A stretch of 64,000 nt of DNA from Raillietiella orientalis. Its lineage: Eukaryota. Positions 49,473-62,085 of the stretch are shown here, piece by piece (the first letter of the stretch is position 1; the number at the start of each line of letters is the position of its first letter). The stretch covers positions 558,001 to 622,000 of the forward strand of contig JAYWIR010000059.1 of NCBI GenBank assembly GCA_036172245.1, written 5' to 3'. The notes beneath the pieces are model-generated. The model saw nothing but the letters and a program-made list of their open reading frames with translations, had not been told where the DNA came from and did no database searches. A program made the position numbers and the translations under genes.

Positions 49473-51546
49473 CGCAAGGCGGTCGACTGCGTAAATCAGG
49501 ATCTCCTGCTGGAGCTCCTGGAACGTCTCGGTTTCCCGGTGCACCTCGTGGCGTATTTGCGCGCTTGCTGGCGCCACGCGATCATTTCCATCTCTTTTAG
49601 CGGCTGCCACGTGTACGGCGTGCCGGTGCGGCGGGGCATCAGGCAGGGCGACAGCTTAAGCCCGTTGCTCTTCAGCATCTTCTTTGAGTTGGTGCTGAGG
49701 GCGTACAGGCTGACGCTGGCCAACCTGCCGAGCTCTTGTCCAGGAACGCCGTCCGTGGCGGCCTATGCTGACGACCTGCTTCTCCTCTTACCCATGACCA
49801 CCCCGGCGTCCAGTCTCGAGGATTTCTTCGAGCTGATTCGCCGGGGAGCGGGCATGAGCGTAAAACGGAGCAAGAGCGTGGTCGTACCTATTGGTGCGGC
49901 GTGGGAGGGGCAGTCCGACTGGATCCGCCTGGGGATCCCGACCGCTTCCTCCATGCAATATCTGGGCGTTCCACTGGGGAACATCAGCCCAGTGGAAGTG
50001 TGGTCGGACTGCGTTCGAAAGGCTTCGAATGCCCTGAGCCCGTTCCACCATGGCAGGTTCGTCCTGCCGGAGCGGGCCACGATATGGAACACCTTCGTTG
50101 CCCCCTTCTTGCGCCCCCTGCTTTTTGTTTCGGCCAAGCTCCAGGCGCACAGCCTGTTGAGGAACGCTCTGTGGGGACCTGCGAGGTCCAGGATACGCCT
50201 CAAAGACTTGGCGGCTCCGCGTCGGGACGCTGGCTTAGGCATCCTGACGCTGGAGAGAATCGAGCTGCAGGTGCAGCTTCGAATGTTGGCCGTGTGCGCC
50301 AACCTTTGGTCCACTCCGTGGTGCGCTCCCGCGCGCCTGCTTCTGCAGCGCTGCACAGGCAGCGATGGACTTCTGTCGCTGCGGCCGCACACGGAGCGCG
50401 CCACGAGAAGCTTCGGTTTCCCCTTGAAACCGCTGTACCGGCTCCTGGGAGCCCAGGAATGGATCTCCTGCCGCTCAACGAACTTTCAAGCCTGGCGGCA
50501 GGAACCGTTGCATGGCTGGGCAAAGCACCAGGATGTTTCCCTCCTGGAACTTCGTTGCGCTCACCTGTCCCCGTATTGCACGGTGGACGAGGTGTGCAAC
50601 AGCCAGGAGAAGTGGACCCGCCTGGCCGTCACGCCCCTCGCCGATGCGCTGTCAGTCCTCAGGGCAAGAGATGACAGCCACGAACCGGCGAGATGGGAGG
50701 TCGTCTGCACCATTGCAGGAACAACACTACCTATTGGCGGCTGGAGGACTTGCGAGCTGGCAGACGCCGCCACGACTCGCCTCATCTCGAAGGGACTCCT
50801 TCGGTGGAGCGAACACTTGAGTGTGCCCCCCGAAGAACTTGTGGTCTCTCCCTCCTGTTTGAACACTTCGGTGTTCACCCTTTCGTGGAAGCAGGACGTC
50901 ATCATGCTGGTGCATTGGGGTTTTCACTCCAACCAGTGGACGAACCGTGTTTCCGGGGGAGTTGTCTCCCCAAACTGTAAGCGGTGCGGGGAAGTGGAAA
51001 CGCTCCCGCACCTGCTCCTGGACTGCGGTGCCCTTCTAGGACTCTGGCGGAGGCTGGCCTCAGCTCTCCTGCACCAGGGGGACACCGCGAGGGACTTGAT
51101 GCGCCGCTTCTTCACGCCAGGCGGCCTGTCTTTGGGTGCTGTCGTTGCAACCGTGTGTTGCACCCGCGCCATCGACAAGGCCCACCGAGAGTTGGAGAAG
51201 CTGGCCATCCTTCGTCAGCCCACCGGATTAGCCAGCACAAGCATGTCGTCGGCTGCCGAGTGGGCCCATCTGCCACAGGGCGTAAGGAGAGAGATCGCCG
51301 GCATCCATCGCCGGTTTTGAAAGGAAGGAACGGACTCACCAAAGACCCCTGTCCCCTGCCCTCCATATTTTTCTTTTATTTTTTTATAGTAGTGTATTTG
51401 TGGTCCCTTCCCTCCCGTTCCGGACTTTCGGCATACCGACCTGCGTGTCGGGGATCCCACCCCCTTCGTCTCTTGTTTTCCCCTTTGTCCAGGAACCCTG
51501 TTCCCGGATAGTTTACAATAAACGCCCCGGCGCACCCGGGTGATAA
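49473..51546 (+). mobile_element. L1/Tx1-like copy A, right part (RT core, C-terminus, 3' UTR, terminal stem-loop)
   Basis: Resumes RKAVDCVNQDLLLELLERLGF in frame with the left part. ORF runs to 51320 with QGDSLSP, YADD, YLGV and CKRC..HLLLDC. Ends tttacaataaacgccccggcgcacccgggtgataa. Confidence 0.95.
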
Positions 51547-52955
51547 GCAGCTTTCCGCCCACGATCCGTTCGAAGTCGGGGACATCCTCGTCTGAGATCA
51601 CGTGGATCTCTTGGAGGAGCGCCAAGTCGAAGTTTCGTAGGGCGTCGGCTTTGTCGCGTCTTTTCCCTTCGTCGCGCAGGCCGTTCACATTCCGAACGGC
51701 CACGCGCAAGCGACGGGAGGACGCGACTCCGTGCATTACTGTTGGGAATCCGACAGTGTGAACCCCTTCTGGCTTGCAGGGGGCACGGTCCCGCTCGGGG
51801 AGGGCATTTCCCGGAAGTCCGTGGCGCGCCTTATGCCCTCCTCACCTTGCGACCAGAAGGACAGGACTGTCTCCACGGAGGAGTCCCGTGAGTCTTCCTC
51901 CATCTTCTCTGAGTCAGAACCCTCGTCGTTCTCCCCTACCCTTCGTCGTTCTAGCAGGGATGTGGACCGCTTCGGCATGGAGCGCAGACGTGTGACGTGG
52001 TTCCTGTACGGAAGGCGCCGGTTACGCATTCGCCTCTACCTCGAAGGTCGGACAGAGCGATTCTTTCGCGGTGGGTCTGCGTATAGCGTCTCGAGGGGCA
52101 CACGAACTGGATGTCCCTTCGCGCCGAACGGTAGCACTCGATCTCGGGGCACCCCCTCTTCAGGTGCCGCGAATTGCCCCAGTGGGCGCACACAAGGGAC
52201 TTTCCCTCGTACCAGACGTCGACGGGTTCCCCGTCGGCGTCCAATCTGTGGGGTAACGTTCCCCCTTTGAGGACGGTAATGCACGCCGCTGCGAGGCCAC
52301 TGATCAGACCTGCTGGTCCCTGGTATGCAGGGAAGGCGCAGGGCTTCGCCCACAGTGCGTGCACCGTCGCGAACTCCTCCGATTTCCGGTGAACCGCCTC
52401 CCTGGTCGTCCTTACCGTGATGCCGGTGAGGTGCACGATCAGGGATGGTCCTCCGTTACGGGGAAGAGCTGGCGCCCTCCGATCAGGATCGGGGTTCGCA
52501 ATAGTCGCTGGGCCAGGCCAGCGTCCTTGCAAGCCATCTCAACGACCCTTCCCCCGGCCAGAACGGAGAGCGCGCAAAGTCTTCCGGTTTTATTTGCAGT
52601 CGCTGCAGCTCATCCGAGAAGGAGAGCGCGACTGCAGGGTCATACAAAGGTCCTGCCTTATATCTCAGGCATGGATTATAGCCTGAGGCTTGGTAGGAAT
52701 GCTCTTCGGCAGCAGCCTCAGGAGAGGGCCCCTCAGCCACCATACTTCAGGTCTTCCCACTGCGAAAAGGCGACACTTCTTTGGAGGGGACAGCGTCCAC
52801 CTCCCTCTCCCCGAGTGGTGAGGCTTCCGCCCCTCCTCCTAGGGAGCTCGCAGCTGGCCCGTTAGGCTCCGAGGCCATCGGGCAGCAACCAAACACTACC
52901 ACACACTTCGCAGGTTATTCACCTCGCGGAGCGCGCAGATGCACGTCCGACCTAC
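51546..52955 (-). mobile_element. L1/Tx1-like copy C, 5' part (5' end, frameshifted ORF1, start of ORF2)
   Basis: GYNPCLRYKAGPL; IVHLTGIT; TLPHRLDADGEPVDVWYEGK; decayed knuckle CAHWGNSRHLKRGC; SQQ-TAATG at 51738..51734; RLRVAVRNVNG..LLQEIHVIS. The 5' terminus (about 52925-52950) resembles the 5' terminus of B (49435-49465). Confidence 0.9.
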
Positions 52956-53381
52956 GTGGCGCTGTGATCGGAACCATCTGTTGCATCGGCGCCATAGTGA
53001 CAGTTCCCCATGCGTCGGAGTCACGTTTGCAGCGAAGGAAGGCCACGAGCATGACAGCCACCTTCATAAGGACATCTGCTTCATCTGCCAGAAGAGTTCA
53101 TCAGAGTGATCGCCACTATACACAGCCACTTTTTGGAAAAATAGAATTATTGAAGCCAAAGACTCTACCCTCCCGTCTTTTTTTTTTTTTTTTATTTATT
53201 GTGCCCTCCTTCCGTTCCCTACTTTTACAGAGTCGGTGTTCATCCCCAATGAACTTTTTTTTTTTCTTTTGGCATCTCTTCTATTCAGGGGATACTGTTG
53301 TTCCCTCTGACATGTGGTTTCTTTTTTTTTTTAATTCGGTTTATTTTTTTATATGAACGTCACGGCGTCACCGGTTGAAAA
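52955..53381 (+). mobile_element. L1/Tx1-like copy F, 3' fragment
   Basis: GAVIGTICCIGAIVTVPHASESRLQRRK matches G (MIASICCIRAIVTVLHVSESRLQRRK). T-rich 3' UTR and a decayed terminal motif atgaacgtcacggcgtcaccggttgaaaa. Confidence 0.8.
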
Positions 53382-56300
53382 CCCCGCCGCAATCAGTTTG
53401 GCCATCGGAGATGCTTGTAGCTATTTGGAAGATCCTCCGCGTGTTTGAAAGGGACGGAAGGAAAATTCCTGTAAAGGAAGTTATGACATTTTCCTTCTGA
53501 AAATTTTCAGTTCCATGGTGCACTATAGGAAATTTTTAGCAAATCGGGAATATTGGTACTGAAGATAGCAGGATGGCAGTCATTCTAAAAATAGCCTTTG
53601 TACAACAATGCAGAACACACAATCGATTTCTATGACTTTGAGAAAGAAATAAGAAATACTTGAAACATCGATTTCCTTTCCATGAAATATTCGTCTGTCT
53701 TCAGTTCTTGCCCAAGTTGCATTCCAGTTCTATTTTGATAAAGAACTCCGAGATCCCCCGTTTCAACATGTATATTCAGTTCAACAGAATCGAAGAGCGA
53801 GAGAAGAAGAAGAAGAGTGAGAGAGATCATTTGATGTCAAGAATCCTTAGTATGCTCTGCCATTTCTCTCCACATGACGACATGCAATTCTATCTTTAAA
53901 AAGAGTAGTTTTGTTACTTGCATTTGTGAATAAGCTTAAAACTCATAAGTTACTTATTCTTTGGTTCCGCCAAATGAAATTCTCTCTGAAATTGAATTTC
54001 CACTTCTCACGTGAATATGAGCGGCTTCCTATGCAACTTGGACTCAACTTTATGCATGCAGTCGTTTCTTTCACCCAACAGGTTCCAAATGGATGTTGGA
54101 GCCAGTGCATCAAATGCTTTAATGTTTATGGTTTGCTCTGCTAATTCGAATTCTCAGGCCAACTCAAAGATCACGTGCAGGAGAGCTTCAATCAAAAGTC
54201 AGTTATGTCGTTTAATAATTTGTGTACCCTTCATTGAGACAGAATTCGAGCTCTTTAGAATCATCTCTCAAAACATGTTTTGCTTCCATAACCTGGATTA
54301 TTCGCTGATGAACTTTTCATCTCACTTTTCCATGTGCGTGATGTGTCTTTTTGGTTTAGCCAGCTCCAAAATAAATCGGAATGGTGTGGAATTTCCGGTC
54401 ATAAGGAGTAGCGAGTCCAAATGACTTTTTTGGTTTGTACTTCGACGGCACCATAACTCTTTCAGAATGTTTTCAATATTGTAAGATGCCATGCAATCTT
54501 TGTTTATTTACCTGTAGTATTTTTTCGATGCTTTCAGGTGTTTTTGTTCTGCTTCCCTTCCAGATCTGTAATGCATTACTCACTGCTTGTTTAGATGCAT
54601 CTGGGGAAGATTACCAACAACATTATACACACTCTTTCACTTCATTTGTCCTCTGATTTCTGGATGGGCCGCTACTCAATAATTTGGACTGAGTGTAAAA
54701 AACTGTGTGGTGTGTCGGAATGTTCAATATCTGCTCAATAGTTTCTTAATGTTTCCATGGTGACTTTTCTATTGACAACTGAAGCAGAACAGATTAAGAT
54801 TAAATTTGAGGTTATTTATAAGCTGCAAGGAAATTTTTCTTGGAATCTCTTTGTTTGAAAATGATAGATGAGCTTGAATTGATCTGCAGCATTCATAAAT
54901 GGTGTTAAAAGGAAGCGAATCCTTTAATTCAGAAATTCCTTATTTTTGCAGGTATTTTTTGAGAGTTCGTTCCATGCTATTCCCTTCACGGGATTTCCAG
55001 GATGATTACTCATATTGGTATGGTAGGGAGAAATTCTAGTTCCACTTTCTGTTGGGAGCTCAAAATTTAGTTTGCCAGCACATTCTTGGAGGTTCAGAAT
55101 CTCTTCGCTGACATCATGGCACTAGAGAAGACAAATCCGAAATTGCAGTCTGCACAATAAATCCTTCAAATTTTCAATTATCTGTTTAGCGAGTTCCGTG
55201 AAAGGGGGAAAAAACTGGATTCAGATTAGAATGAGGCTAAGTCAGTTGCTTTGTGAGTTTGCTGTTTAGACTTTGCTTTCTTCCTATGCACTCATTTGGA
55301 AAGTGAACCTATCCGAATCTTCACACATCATTATCCGTAATCATCTTGTAAGCGAAAGCACAGAACGTCGTGCTCTGGAGGACGTAAGGTTGACATGCAA
55401 CCGTAAAGCAGAAATTCTGTCAATTCATCGAGGATCATGCCTGGCTCGTGTTAATTGGTCCCATCGATTGTCCTCAGGTTACGCGGCAGAGGAATCATCC
55501 TGCGAAAATTTTTGCAACGTTCGGGATTACTCAGGATCCATCTGAATGTGATTACGTGATGGAAACAAGGGAGCAATTCGAGGATCGCAAACGCTAGAGT
55601 TCGTTAGGAAGCTTCCATTTTGGGGAACGCTAAGGTCTTCTGAATCCTCATTATACTCTTGGGTACATGAAATGCTCTCCCAAGACTAATTTTTTTTGAA
55701 TGGAATTATGATCATTTTTCAAGCAAATTTTAAGGCGTATATCTTGAATTAATTGCAAAGTTTCTATCCTTCGTTGATGACCTTGATCCTTGACTGGAGA
55801 AAATCCTATTAAAAGATTTGTGGGCATCATACAAAAAGGCTTATGAGAATGAAGCATCAGTAAGAGATAACAAAGATCCAATGAGTTCCATGATGGTGCC
55901 TATCGAAGAAAGAAAATTCTTAAATTAAAAAGAATGTACGAAACACCAGTGGCACTCGCCGAATGGTTTCAGTGTATTTTGAGGGACTTTGAGAAATTAT
56001 TTGGAATACACACATATATATAAGCGGCTCTCAGAAATGACAAGACTGAAGGCAGAAGAAGAAAAGGAGGCTTCAAAGTTCAAGTTGTGCTAATGTCTTT
56101 GAAACACATGAATAACCTCGTAAAGTGCGTGTCCCACAAAAACAAGGTCATTTCCTTCCACTGAGCAAACTGAAAGTCTTGGAGACTACATCAACGCAAT
56201 TTGCGGAAGCTCTCTTTGGACTGCAAAGGAACAGGAGCAGCCGACAGAAGTGGAAGGGACTTATGCGTCCCAGCTAAATGAAAAGCTTCCTTCTAGCTAA

Positions 56301-58491
56301 GGCAAATGCTAAGAGGATGAGTTAGAGCATCAGCTTGCCTTTGAGATCCTTGAGTGTTCATTTTCCACCTGAAGAACCCACTGAAGCAATACAAAAGAAT
56401 GGCCTACTCGATATGCTTTTTGCATCCAGAATGCCCGTTTTCCACGCTTTTTTGTTTCTCCTCCCTCCCACTCCGGAAGCGCTCGCTCTCTTCGATCACG
56501 AATGTGGAGTGGCGCCAGTTGAGATACCTAGGTAACGGCCATTTTAAATAAGTTGAGCTCGTCGTTGGTACCGAATTATTTCAAGCGCAAAGTGGTTGAT
56601 ACAAGGAGCAACCTCACTGACAGGACAATCAATGGTCCAGCGGTATCATTTACTGAAGTCCGTTTTCTCATAAAGAAATCATCCTCTGAAAGCAGAAGTC
56701 GAAAGAATTTGACTTTTAGCCCTCTGTGAATAGGAATGAAGTTTTAATTCCAACTGTCGCTACGATAATTCTGGGGAATAATTTCCCTCTGCCCGTCGCC
56801 TCTGAAAAACAGTTCTTTGGAGCTGCTGTTTAGTGATTCCTTCCGAGATAGTAGCCCGAGAACAATCCAGACATCACCCTGCTCCACGCTGAATGAATAG
56901 CAATTCAATCCGAATTGCCAGTTCCATACCGTGGTCTCTGGTCAGCTATGCAAAGATTTATGTCACTTTGTCTGCATGTTAGCTGGTCAGCTCTCCTGTC
57001 AGGAAAGCAGAAAAATAATCATGAAAGCTCAGACTTGTTTCAAATAAGGTTATATAATTGGACGGAGCAGTCTTTCGTGATTCATTACTTCCATTTGACA
57101 TTTGTTTTTTCCTATTATTGAAAACTTCCAGGATTTTCTTGTATAGGAGTATATGTCTCTTGTTTACAAAGGTCAAGGATAAAACAGATTACTCTGATTA
57201 GAACCCAAAATTTTCCGCCTTTTTTTTTTTTTTTCCAATGATTTTCATACATTTGTAAAACCTATTGTGCTGCATTCTCTTGAAAACTGAGCCATTCTTT
57301 ATTTAAGGAAAACAGAAGAATAGGAAATGAATTTAAAATGCTGGGTCTGGAGCAGGGTCTGGAGTTGAGCACAGAGCCTTTCATTTTTGAAACAGCATTT
57401 ATTTAAAGTCTGAGAAATTCAGATGCAATAAAACTTCCCTTGCTATTCGTCAGCCTATAAAGCAATAAGCTGGTTCCGCCGATTTGCCCATCTGTTTTTA
57501 CTTGTCAAGTTTCCTAAGCTCATAGAAACTTGGAAGGAACCCAGCAAAAAGATGGGCAGAGGATACTCATATGCTGAAGTACATGGACCTACTCAGAAAC
57601 CGAAGAGGAGGTAGAAACTAAAAGGCTGGAGAACTCTTTAAAATTTCTGAGCTCATATCCTCAGTCATCGTAGTCTCAAATTCACCAGTGTTAACACTAT
57701 GAAGCTCTGCAGCTCTGGTTTTTTTGTGAATGTTTCAGAGGAAGAAAACGAGCTGCTCACAGATATCCCCCTTTCATGCGTGATGGGGCCAAGCAAAGTA
57801 ACGCAAACAGACAACTGTGGTATTCACCCTCCATTTGATACTGGATGAGAAACCTCACCCATTCTCACTTTCCAAGTAGCCTATCACCCAAATCAAAAAC
57901 TCTTCCTACTTTTCAGTCCACCAACTAGTTCTTGAATCTATTCTCATTGCACACAGTTCATGCATAACATCCCTCTTCTAAAAGGAATGATTGGGTGGCC
58001 TTAAGAAATCTTACCGATTTTAATATTCCCATTAACAGAGTCATTTCCATAACACCTGCCGTCTTGTGTTTCGTACTCATTTCATACGAGTGTAACCTAT
58101 ATATATCTTATTCAAATAAATTAAAAAAAAAAAAAATCTTTTTCCCTTGTTGCTTCTCTAATACTGGGATTAACAGCGGCAGAGCAACTATCATTTCCAC
58201 CGCCACATCATCTTACAACTTATAAAATTAATGCATGTTGGAAAGAATGTCTATCCTTTTGCCTTGATATTATTCGCATCTACAGCAATTTTTGTCAAGT
58301 TGATGATGCCACCGAGGCTTGATCATCAGGGGAAAAAAAGGAAAAATGACTTTAGGTGCTCAAGGCAGTCTTTCTACCAACTATTGCATTCCTGTCTGGT
58401 TGAGGTGCTCAAACTTTGTTAGGAGACTAAATCACTCCGAGACTGTTTTTTTTTAATCCTTTCCTGATAAATAAATCACGCTTTATTTCAG

Positions 58492-58680
58492 GATGAAAGC
58501 CAGTCTTTCCTGGTGCGACCCGAACCCGAAAGGCATTTCTTGTGCAGTGGGACGGGTTCGCAGAAGCCATAATAATTTGAGACGTAGGATGAAAAGGATT
58601 ATAATGATGGAGGATAGCTCGATTAATTTATCACGGATGAAACAGAGATTGAAGATGATCAAGGGAAAAAATCAAACTGC
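58492..58680 (+). pseudogene. Possible chromodomain-like exon relic
   Basis: Acceptor-like ctttatttcAG (58490-91). FLVQWDGFAE at 58536..58565 resembles the chromodomain YLVKW-x-GY motif, followed by an acidic tract with stops. Confidence 0.3.
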
Positions 58681-61600
58681 TCAAACACAGCTCCCATAGA
58701 AGATCTGAGCAAAGGAAGTCTTCCAACTCTCTACAAGAACGACTAACTTGTTCTTACAAAATTCAAATCTCATTATTTAAAAAAAAAAATTTGCTGAAAA
58801 AATGCTCGTCGCAAAATGAATTCAGGCGTTTTGCTTCTCTCCAGGGAAATTATAGCAAAACTCTGCTTCGGAAAACCGTATGTGATGTCAGGACAAAGTT
58901 CAGGGGGGTCTGTCGCTCACCTACGAGAGCACCGTCTTCACTGATGGAATCACGGCGACACTTTTCTCACTGCGAATAACTTGTCTCCAGCTGCCGCGAA
59001 AACTTTTTGCGTGACCTCTACAGCTTCTTCCAGAACACACTTACTTCTGGTCCTCTCAGGAATCATCCGCGGAAAGTTCACTGCATGACCAAAAAGAAGT
59101 CAGAAGAACTCGAAACGACAAAGTGCCGTACATTTAAAAGAGAAACTTTCCAAGTATCAAAGAAGAACGGAGTTTGTTAGAATAAAACAAATGAATAACT
59201 ATTCGAGGGTCAAATTCCTTGTTCCAAAGAAGAAATGAATTTGACTTGTCCTGCTACTTTCAAATTCAAAGATATTTTTCCGTCCTTTTTCCTTCTTGGG
59301 ATGAATGATCAAAAGACCCCTTAATCTTGTTGAATACATCGTAGATAATCTGATTCCCAACTGTGTCATTCAGTATTTGATTACTGCCAATTCTTCATCA
59401 TTCATTTTTCTTTTCCCTCATTTTTTCAGCAAGGAGATGCGAATTCGATAGATGACCGCATGTTGCTACCTTATGACTCTGAGACTTTAATTGGAGCTCG
59501 TTACAACAAGCGTTGGAGTTTGAAACGTAGCTCAGTAGGACGCCACTTCGAATTTGTTGAGCCCAGAGAACTGAATTCTGCCACTGCACCATCACTCTTT
59601 TTTTTTTTTTTTTCATATCTCCCTGACAAACTCTGTTTTTCGTCTTCGGAACTTAGGGAGTTTCGCTTTCAAGTAACACTTCGTTGTTTCGAGTCCTCCT
59701 GACCATCATTTCTGTCATTCTGTGAACTCTTGGTGCGAAGATCTTCAGAAGACAGGAAAAAAATTAAGTAAAATCACGTAAAGATAATTATCTACAAAAA
59801 TGATGGATTTCTTCTCGATGAAATGCCTTTGTATGTGTGTGTGCATGTGCTTGATCTCATCAACAACGAAATCTAACATTGATCGCATGCTGACTTTGAG
59901 CAGCAATGCAGACAGGCAATATAAAGTTTCTGTCCCTTGTCCTCTGGATTAGCGAGATGCACTCTCTCCCCACGTTGGATCTTCATCTTCGTGTTGAGAT
60001 CCCTATAAATCAGGCGCAAGTTTTCGAACTGGAGTTCTCGTATTATCGAACCGCCGTCATTCTAGAATGTGGGAAATCAATCTTCCCCTGTTGTTTTCAG
60101 GAACCAACATCCTTTTGTTCGGCCTCCTCCAGTTAAAGGATGACTTCTTCTTCTGGTCCTTATTCCTTTTTTGCTTAAATGATGACACAAACTGCGCTAT
60201 GATCACTCTGGACAGAAAAATAAATGAAATGAAAGGCAAGAGTAGCTATCAAAAAATATTTTGCATCAACTCATTTAAGAAGCTCCTGCACGAATTTTTT
60301 TTTTTTTGTGCAATCAATTCTAACAGCAATCTACATGAGAAATGGAAGGGAGAGGAGTTTACCGCAACGGGTTGATGCGTCATAGGAGAATCCCAGTACA
60401 GCCAGAATTACATCAGTGTTTCAATAAGTACGTGGTCTTGAAAATATGCTCGAGTTTATTATTTTACAACTACTCAAATCGTTTCCTAATAGGGATGCAT
60501 TTCTCCGTGTGTTTCCCGAATCCAGAATGCAACTTCTTGTCATCTTTCATACATATTGAAGCATTTCAATGAGATTTCAGTTCATTTTCACATTCCTCCA
60601 TGCAGGGTTTCATCGTCTGTCTAATGCTTTTGATTTCCTCTGTACTCAGACACTTCTTCCTACTCTTATCACATTCAAGAAAATGGACGTGCTCTGACGA
60701 AATGGGTACATTTCATCAGGGTAGTTCTATTTTTTCCGCGTCGTTCTTTCCCTCCCGCAATCCCATCCATAAGTAAATTCTAAAACCAACTATCCTTGTG
60801 AAAGGCTGCAATTTAGGATGAGGCTATGATTTCAATCAAAATTGATTTATCTTCGAATATCTAAATAGCTACTGCGCTTGTGAAAGTTATGCTTCTATGA
60901 GTAATTGCTGAAAAGTGATCAAAGAATAGCACGGCTTTCCTGATACTGAAACCCGAATAGTTCCGATCATTAAAGCAGGTTATTCTGCTTTCGACCACCA
61001 ATCCACTAGTTAACGACCTTTGATGAATGCATGTCTTCAACTTTTTATGAAGTAGCATTTCTGTCCTTAGTTCTTTGTGTTTGTTGGAAGGAATCAACAG
61101 TTAATTGCCGAAGAGTATCCATCATCCTTCCGTGATATTTTGCCTAACACTAAGGTAAACACATGCACTTCCTTTATCCACAAGGTGGTCACTAAATACA
61201 TCGACCCTCTAGCAATCGAGCTTCACAAAGTGGACGGGTTTCAGCACAGAGTCATTACTCCTGATTTTTAAACGAGCGAAGCAAAAAGAATGTTAATCAG
61301 GGAAGTGCAGGAAACGAGACAGCAAAAGCAAAATTCGAGGGGAAAAGCACAGGGTAGAAAAGAAGGAAAAAAAACTCATTCGTTTCTTCAAAAATTGTAC
61401 CAGCAGCACGATCAAACCGAATTCCTACATTTTTACTCTCGTAGTAGTGTGAAACGAGAAACACATACAGGAAACACACACAAAAGCGCACTGATTCATC
61501 ATCCAAAGAATGGTTTCTTTCGGATCCTAAAACCATTGATTACATGATAATTGTGATTTACTAGGTGGACTAAGTGAAGCCACCTCAGAACTATAACCAC

Positions 61601-62085
61601 TCTACCCAAGTCGTCAAAATCAGTGCTGTTCTCTATTTTGATTCAGTACGAAAATTTGAGATGATCCCACGAGGCATTTCCGTGATCTCCTCAAGGATGA
61701 AGTAGATTGAAAATCATCAAAGTACAAATACAAAATAAATAAAGGAAAATGCATTGTCCTGGAAAAAAAAAATAAAAAAACAGTGATGGATACAAAGGAC
61801 ATCCGTTTTTGTAAGAACGACCACGGATTCGCGAGTTCGTGATCTCCAATATCTCTTATTAACAATAAAAGCAAACAACCTATCATTGCTAGTCCATGGG
61901 AACCATTAGTCCAGTACCCAGCAATCTTGAGCCCAGATATCAGATGAGCTCATTTTGACTGCACTATCTCCTTCTGAACGCTGCAACGACAGAAAACGAA
62001 ATCCTCACAATTGAAGCTGGATAAATCCTCGCAGACCACAAGTCGAGAAAACCAAAAAAGAAGTCTATTGCTTCTGGTTTCCCCA

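Noticed and set aside
43957..50674. Long antisense or alternate-frame ORFs over the LINEs (e.g. 43957..44895+, 47090..48034+, 49763..50404-)
   Set aside because: Shadow ORFs of GC-rich coding sequence, not conserved between copies A and B.
42540..52955. C plus A as one element with a twin-priming 5' inversion
   Set aside because: Twin priming places the inverted 5' piece upstream of the 3' piece. Here C lies beyond A's 3' tail.
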